Source: the human T2T-CHM13v2.0 reference genome, Homo sapiens. From it: 64,000 bases of DNA. The translations under genes were made by a program, and so were the position numbers. Below the pieces are notes generated by a model. The model was given only the letters and a program-made list of their open reading frames with translations, was not told the DNA's origin and did not search any database. The stretch lies in assembly GCF_009914755.1 (NCBI RefSeq), contig NC_060948.1. The stretch is one strand, 5' to 3'. This document shows, piece by piece, positions 55,713 to 64,000 of the stretch; within the stretch, counting starts at the first letter, position 1; each line of letters starts with the position of its first letter.

Positions 55713-57034
55713 AACACTAAATGCTGTGGAATAAATCATTCAGTAGAGATGGATATCAAAAAAAATTGTCTAGTGCCAAAGTAAGGAAGTGGGAAATGGG
55801 GGATGATAAAACAGATAAAATATATTGTCAGTATGAATTATGCAACCATTTTTTTTGTGAAAGGAGTGTGCATAAAGATGAACGTGAATGGTCCTCAGGG
55901 TACAGGGTTGTTTTATGAAGGTAGAATTCACGGTAGAGAATTTATTTATATTATCTTCTAAAAGTATCCACTCTTGGTAAGTTGTTTTTGCTGTTTATTT
56001 TTGTCCATTCGTTTTCACATAATATGCCCCTGGAGGAAAGAGTGTAGAAGTGTTAGCTGGAGCAAGGAGTGAAGGTAAATTTAAAGTCATTCCCTAATTT
56101 CGTAACAAGAAAGGAGCTGTAAAGGAAAGAGGGTAGGATTTTGACACAGGTACACCTCTTGCATCGCTTTGTTGAGCTAAATCTGCAGAAAAGAAAAAAA
56201 AAAGGAAAACAATAATTACCTACATGTGACATTTGTAAGAACCAGGTGGGTTATATAACAGTCCCTGATATATTACAAGTGTTCAGTGTGCTATTACGAC
56301 TATAATGATGGCTAGACCAACTGGTACAGTGGACTTCTTTAAAGTTCAATATGCAGGAGGATCAAAGTGTGTGATAACTTGACTTACAAGAAATTCACAA
56401 TCTTTAAAAAGGTATCTGTTACTTGGGTATGTTTCCAGGCCCTGCATCCATCACAATTCCTTTCATTAATTAGAAGGCTTTGCATTAAAAGGAAAATGTA
56501 CCTTTCCTTGGTGCAACTCTAAATAAGAAAAATAAATCTGAACAAGAGACAAGAGCATTCCCACCACAACAATTGCCTGAACACTTGCCCAGAGACATTC
56601 AAAATTATGAAACTCAATAATTAGCACTGAAATCAAAGAAAATTTGAATCATCTCTACCAGTAGGAAAAGTATGTCTGCTCTCTGCACTAACCCGAAATT
56701 CCTACTTCACTCAATAGGTCCCACTTTTAAAGGCCACCTGTTAGGACTTGGTCAAATGTATTAAACAGGAAGTTTTCGCCTGACATAATCAGACAACTTG
56801 CATTAGCAATGTATCCATGACTAATCCTTAAACAAGGAATGTTGAGAATTGTCTGTTGCATTGACTATAAGTACCCTGTATGTTGTTTTGGTCAGTTCAC
56901 TTGCCAGATAAACCAAGAGAGTAATTGATTAGTTTGTACAAACCAATATGTGATCTATTGTCGAGAAGGAAACACTTTTCTTATAGCTTACTGACTTCTT
57001 GATGTAATTTAGAAATGTTTATGTTAAAGTAAAC

Positions 57035-57171
57035 ATTCTGCAACCATTTTAAAGCAATTCTACTTTCAGTGCTATTTTATTACAGTTTGCTTAAGATGAG
57101 TACATATGGTGATTTAAAACCTGGAACTACTCTGACTTTAACCAAATCTGCTCAGAGAAACTCTTTCATAA
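57035..57171 (-). repeat. Right arm of the 137-bp inverted repeat
   Basis: See 53888-54024. Confidence 0.92.
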
Positions 57172-58295
57172 TTTCTTATATAGAATGTTTTGTTTGCTCA
57201 AGGTTTGTATGCATCATGTGTTATTCTAGTTGTTGGCAATTCTTCTTAATTCTTAGTAATATTATTCTGCTTTTTCAATCTGAACTGATTTTTCTTTCGT
57301 ATGTGATCTTTCATCCTAATATTTTCCTCCCTGTTTCTTGAGTTTTGAAAGAAACATTAGAAAATGTGCAAAGTTTTATGTTAGGAAGAAGTGAGACACA
57401 TACAAAAACCTGCATAGTGTGCAGAATAAGAATGACAGATCTAAAAGAACATGGAAATATTTTGCTCTGTGACCATATAAGAGAATAGACACTGGATCTA
57501 CCACGTCTAAACAGAAAGCTTCCAAGTGCTGAAAAATGACTAAGTGATCACCGTGTTTGGAAGTATGGCAACAATATTGAAGAGGTTAAAACTTTCAGAG
57601 TAGGATGTTAATCAACATGGTACCCTGAGAGGAAAATTAATGTTGTTGGTAGCAATATTTACCAATTATCTACCATGTATTAGAGATTGAATCACTGCAA
57701 TCATATGATGCACGGATTAGAGGTTGTGTTAATAAATGAAAAGAACCTGAAAATTTAGCTCCTAAACCCATACGATTTTCACAGAATAATTATTATTTTC
57801 ACAGATTATTACTGAGTGCTATTGGAAATTCTCCTAAATTCTTAATTTTTTACTTCTCAATAAAAATTATCCTCTTTTAACAATCTGAAAGGATTTTTAC
57901 TTTACAGTCTCTTATTCCAAAGTTTGCCTTCACTGTTTCCTGGATTGAATCAATTATGTTTTAGAATCTGGGTTTCATTTACGTGATGTTTTGTTTTTTC
58001 CTGTACAGTATTCTGTGAAAATCTCATGTGTTTAGTAGCCAAATTTTCAGATTATTTCCAATTCTAAGAGAAACCTGAGTTATCCAGCAAGACACATGAC
58101 TGAAGTGGGTATCAGCACCATTTTGCATTGCCTTCTGGAAAGACTCTAGCCACCCCACCCCCCTTTTTATTTATCTCCACTCCTCATTGATTTGTGCCTC
58201 ACCCCCCGGGCTTATTTCAGATTTATTAAATAACTAAGAAGTTCAATTAATAAAGCAGTTCTACTTGGCTCATCATAGGTTCCTGGGGAGGTGTT

Positions 58296-58298
<3 letters not shown>

Positions 58299-58335
<37 letters not shown>
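58299..58335. repeat. (TG)n microsatellite
   Basis: direct. Confidence 0.95.
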
Positions 58336-58337
<2 letters not shown>

Positions 58338-58565
58338 AACTTAACAATTTTGCATTATCAAGTGTGGCTGGCTCACAAGACACTACTCTAAGTCGAAAAT
58401 ACAGAGCTTCCATAAGTTGTGGAATCAGCATTTTAATTAGCAGGCCTTCCACAGAGAATTGACAATTGATTTTCTTAACTTCGGGAGCCAGTCAGTGAAT
58501 AATTCTCCTAGGAAAATTCCTGTGCTAGAAGGTCATATTAGGCATGTTTAAGAAATACTTTTAGA

Positions 58566-58900
<335 letters not shown>

Positions 58901-59929
58901 TTAATTAACTTCTGAAGTCTTCCAATCAAGGTGTCATGATTAGTTGCATTTCAATTACTTTATAGTAGGAAGAGGTTCACTGAAGATGCAAAAACACTCT
59001 GTGTCTCAAATACAACGGCTGCTGTCTTAGAAACTCTTCAGTGGGTATTTTCACACAGGTAACCTATGTCTAGTTTTCCAACATCAAACGCATCCCATTT
59101 CGGAGATGCAGCTGCACAGTACTTTTTTTTATTTCCATTTTCCTGAATGCTGAATTAACAATTTGAATCGCTACAATCTTATGATGAAATGATAATTTGA
59201 AGGAAGTATTTACTTTTAAAATCTAATGCTCAGACATCATGTGTCTCATTTCTGGCCATTACTTAGAAATATAGATGCACTTATGAGTAAAATATCCAGG
59301 AAATATTGTCTTGTTTTTTGAACACAAATATGGTGCTATATTGTATTGAAACAATAAAACTTTAAAGCATAAAAATCTCTTAAAGATAATTTTACTCAAT
59401 TACCTTATTTTAATGAAGAATAAGCTGATCTCTACTGCTCTTTGGAAATATGTCAAAGATCATATGGCAAGTAACTTTCACTGTCATTCAGAAATCATAA
59501 CTGAAAACTCCTGACCTTCAATTTAGAACTTTGATATTCTGCCACTCGTATTTGGAGAAACAGGGAAAAATGGGGGAGAGAAAGGTTGCATATGGTGAGA
59601 ATTTTTTTTTTCTGTTTGTTGGAAAAAAGAGAAGCAGAGTGAGCCACACAAGGAGATTACTAAGATGATATGTTTTGCAAATCTGCATTCTGTTCCAGAA
59701 TTAAATGATTAGATCATCACCAAAGCTTCTGTAATATTTGTGTTTCTTGTTTATGACCTGGTGATGTTTTACATGGAAACATCAACACCTGGTGTTATGT
59801 ATTAGTTGTTCTTTTCACTTTAAATTACTTTTATTGCAAAATATAACACGCAAAAAGTATATAAACAAACACAAATAAAAATGACTTATACTTGAGACAG
59901 CTCCCTTTTAACATTAATTAATGTCAATA

Positions 59930-61550
59930 AATAAGTTTGATTCCTCAAAGGAAAGCACACCATTCCAGTTAAAGCCTTGATAAAATTACCTGTTTCTTCA
60001 ATTTTGTCCTGTTACAAAAGAAAACAGATTTTTTTCACTTGTGTAAATATCTACACTGCCATAACTTAAGAATACTCACAGATTGTTTACAAATTCTGGA
60101 GAAAATCTCACTCATAGGCGGGAATTGAACAATCAGAACACATGGACACAGGAAGGGGAACATCACACTCTGGGGACTGTTGTGGGGTGGGGGAGGGGGG
60201 AGGGATAGCACTGGGAGTTATACCTAATGCTAAATGACTAGTTAATGGGTGCAGCACACCAGCATGGCGCATGTATACATATGTAACTAACCTGCATATT
60301 GTGCACATGAACCCTAAAACTTAAAGTATACTAATAATAAATAAATAAATAAATTAATTAATTAATATTTTTCTACCAAAAAAAAAAAAAACAAATTCTG
60401 GAGAACATCAGGTAGAGAGAAACAAGTATCTGCCTAATTTTGTTCACAGTTTACTAAATTGTTAAAAACTGTCAATAGCTCAAAAGAAAAGTTTATTTGA
60501 CTTTGAAGTGCAAAACAAAGGATTAGCAATATTTTAAGCAAAATGTCAAAAAGATTACTCTAGTTCCCTACTAGTTCAGTTCATGTAGTTAATTTCTGTC
60601 CTGCTTTTTATTAGAAACCTGCATTCAAGGGCACATTGTAGAGCTTTAAACCTGATTATAAAACACCCTCTAAAGAGGACCAGAAGAAAACAACAATTGT
60701 TCCTGGATGACAAAAAGTTTTAGGGTAGCCATAAAGTTGCAATTGACAAGGATATTAGCTACCTTTGTGGCACACAATAATTTTAATATAACAATTCTAA
60801 TTATTACCAATAGTGTACACCAGATATATCAGAATTATAGGAGACTCCCATAACTTTGGAACATGTATCAATAGCATATTTCTACAAATGTTGCCCAAAG
60901 AAAGCCAAACACCGTTTTATATTTGACAATGCTTCCTGTGTAGTTTTATGTAAAATAAGCCAAATTTTACCTTATAATATAACCTTATATTTGTGTGTTA
61001 TTAATGTTAAATTTATTTTTAAATAAAACCTTATACACACATTTGCCAAATTTTAAGTTTGACTATCACATAAGATTTGTATAGGCTGTTTTTAACCTTT
61101 TATAATTTTTTTAAAGAGTGGGTTAGTGCTTTAAGAGAAACCTATTGTATTTTTATTTTAATGCTCAATTTACAAAAAAAAAAAAAAAAAAAAACAAAAA
61201 ACTAAATGATACCTATTAACTTTAGCCAATGTTTACACACAGAATTTCCTTTACAATTAACCCTCTGAAACTTGCTTAAACCTTCAAAACAATTCTTTAA
61301 CCTTTTAATCTAGGTAAAAATCCACATTTTCATGTCTCCTTATAGTATTTTTACCAAAGTGTATGCAAACTGTTTTTTCAATAGTCTTACATACATGTTA
61401 TACTGTTAACTTTTAGCAAACTTTACTTTTGTTGGTAGGTTTGAAATTTTAGTTATGTACTAGGTTCACTAGGTTTAGAGCCTAGGACATGGACCGAAGT
61501 GCATGTAAGTTCTGGCTTATTCCAGCATTTAACTGCATGTGTCCTAGGTC
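59930..61550. mobile_element. MER4-group ERV internal (int) sequence
   Basis: caccattccagttaaagccttg...gtcctgttacaaaagaaaacagatt; cccataactttggaaca; gacaatgcttcctgt. Confidence 0.7.
60104..60390 (+). mobile_element. Young 5'-truncated L1PA (L1PA2/3-like) with a double tail
   Basis: Perfect 15-bp TSD acaaattctggagaa (60089-60103, 60391-60405). Confidence 0.95.
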
Positions 61551-62236
61551 CTGCCTCATTGCATATATATGTTGACCATGTTTATGTCTTCTTCTGAAGA
61601 GTCCCTTCAAGTCCTTTGCCCACGTTTAAATTGAGATATACATTTTTTTGCTTGTTTTGCCGGTTTGTTTGTTTTAACCCCTCACAGGAGACACTGATGT
61701 TACTGGTTAACCAGGATACTATTAATAAAAAAGTTGAAAACTAATGCAAAATCAATCTATCTTATTAAATGATAAGAAAGTCTCTCTCATGTGGGAAGCC
61801 TAGTGACTGGCAAGAAGTCCAACATGGTGCCTGAATTTCCAAAAATATTCTGTACTTTTTGGGACAGTGTTCATAAATTCTTCTTCTGTAGGATATCTAT
61901 GGGATTTCATATTTATTAATGATGAATTTTCCCATAAGTATGGCTTATTTCTATAAAACATATTCTTTAAACAAAAGCTTTTTCTCAAATATTTAGAAGG
62001 AATTTTATTCATTTCAAAGTGAATGTCCTTAGCATTACAAAGTGATATGTCCTCTTGTATATTTATGTAACATTATACTATAGTAACATTGGTGGAATTG
62101 GTACTATCCAGTGTTGAATAATAATTGCATGCCTTGAAAAAATTTTGCAAAATGAATACTGCCCAACACTAAAACAAAACACTCAGTAATTCTAGATGGC
62201 TAAACAGAATCAATATGTATTTCTCTGTTATTTTAG

Positions 62237-62354
62237 AATAAAATATATTTTAGCTGTTAATTCAAAGAATGTGGCATCAAAATAAATGCCCATGCAATAA
62301 AATATATTTTAGCTGTTAATTCAAAGAATGTGGCATCAAAATAAATGCCCATGC
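62237..62354 (+). repeat. Perfect tandem duplication, 2 x 59 bp
   Basis: 62237-62295 identical to 62296-62354. Confidence 0.97.
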
Positions 62355-63132
62355 TTTTTAAACATGATTATATCAACAAGAATAATTGACACTGTTTGTA
62401 GAATTTGTCTTCTCATAAAATATCATGAAAATTTCCTTTAATGAAGCCATTAACCACAAATCTCTTTGTACATCTTATTTAGGAACTGCATGTGGATATG
62501 TTCATTCAGTAATATACTAGGCAGTGAACTTTAAAAAACCTCAGTTCACAATCATTTCATCCACTAAAAGCCTAATAATCAGAAAAATGGCTGGGTAAGT
62601 TTTTCTTTGCATATATTACTTTTTCCTTGAAACAGTTTTTCAGATTAAATATTATAGTTATAAGAATATAAATTTGAAAAGTAAAAGCTATGTATGTCTA
62701 AATATTGCTAAATTATTAACATTTATATTTAAACTACCTCAATATTTTATATAGTCATATTAATTAATATCTATATTTAAGGTTAAGCTATATACAATCA
62801 GTAATTTTTTAAAGTGTATTTATATAAGTATTATATATCATTACAAATTTTATATACATATTCTATATTAATACTGATTTTTTAAAGTCTGTAATTATAA
62901 AAGTGTTATAGCCAACTGAATTTCTGGCTATAATACTTATGTAAATCTAAATTTTAAATATTTCCTTTTAGTAATTCCATAATTTTCATGTAGAATTTGT
63001 AAACCTAATATTTTAAAGCATTAAAAATTATTAAGCCTGTCTGACTCTATAAGATATACTATAATTTTCAAATTTATTTTTGAAACAATACTTTCTTGTT
63101 TCAAAACTTTAAAATTAATGTATAAATGAATA

Positions 63133-63179
63133 TGCATTAATAAGTCTCATTTTATGTGCATTAATAAGTCTCATTTTAT
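63133..63179 (+). repeat. Tandem duplication, period 24 bp
   Basis: tgcattaataagtctcattttat twice. Confidence 0.95.
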
Positions 63180-63245
63180 ATACATGTCTTTATACATCCA
63201 GACCTGCTGACCTCATTAGATAATTTCATACATTTTTGTATGTTG

Positions 63246-63600
63246 CTGCTGTAGTCTAAACATTTGGGCTACACAAAATTCAGACATTCAACCCAAACCT
63301 CAAGTTGATGGTATTGGGAGGTGTGGCTTTTGGGAGTCATCACCTCATAAGGGTGAAGACTCATGAATGAGATCAGTATCCTTATAAAAGGCTAAACAAA
63401 TCAGACTTTTTCTCTTCCTCTGCATAAGGATATAGTTTGAAGGCACAATTGGTGAGAATGGAAGCAAGAGTTCATTAGGAATGAAATCAGTGAACACGTT
63501 GATCTTGCACTTCCCAGCCTCCATAATTGTGAGAAATACATTTCTGATGTTGAAGCCCTCAATCTGGTATTTTGTTATGGCAACCATAATAAATTAATGC
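63246..63600 (+). mobile_element. MLT1A/MSTD-like LTR
   Basis: tcatgaatgagatcagt...ttgatcttgcacttcccagcctcca..tgtgagaaatacatttctg. Confidence 0.8.
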
Positions 63601-63641
63601 TTTTTCTCTCTCTCTTCTTTGCCTCTTTACCTACCATAAAC

Positions 63642-63649
63642 AGATAGAT

Positions 63650-63694
<45 letters not shown>

Positions 63695-63704
63695 GATGGA
63701 TAGT
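63642..63704. repeat. (GATA)n tetranucleotide STR
   Basis: About 11 uninterrupted units plus variant flanks. Confidence 0.97.
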
Positions 63705-64000
63705 TACATAAATGCCAATAAAATAAACATACATATATATTTAAATATGTATGGGAATGTATACATGCATAATGTATTATTCATTTTTACTCAGAATTTG
63801 GGAGATCTGCACCTTGACTTTTATTTCCCCCCAAAATTATCTGTTCTGATCATCTTTTCAAATGCCTTCATAAGGTGTTTACTTTTTTAACTTACATAGT
63901 ATTAATTGGCTAGAATGATTTTCATAGGTTGATTCCAGTCTCTTGAAATGACAGAAAACCTTTATTTGAATAATGTGTACTATGTCACTTTGCACAGCTA

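Noticed and set aside
59930-61550. ERV coding genes (gag/pol/env)
   Set aside because: Non-coding MER4-int-like sequence, with no retroviral motifs in any ORF.

Overview
Primate (human-like) genomic DNA: AT-rich, CpG-depleted and repeat-dense, with no recognisable protein-coding gene, RNA gene or prokaryotic system. The ORF track is explained by L1/Alu/LTR sequence or chance. The window holds many Alus (J, S, Y), L1 pieces of several ages, solo LTRs (MER9, MER4 group, THE1, MST, MLT1, MLT2), an ERV internal fragment, DNA-transposon fossils (MER1, MER6, Tigger3, MER47-like) and microsatellites. The least ordinary signal is a recurring mutational scar: short templated insertions copied from nearby DNA (one from alpha-satellite), often next to perfect fold-back hairpins. 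There are also unusual L1 integration structures (a very short 5'-inverted insert, a large inverted/deleted insert, a short 3' transduction). I found no convincing new gene system. Subfamily names are from remembered consensus sequences, and many boundaries are approximate (+/-10-30 bp).
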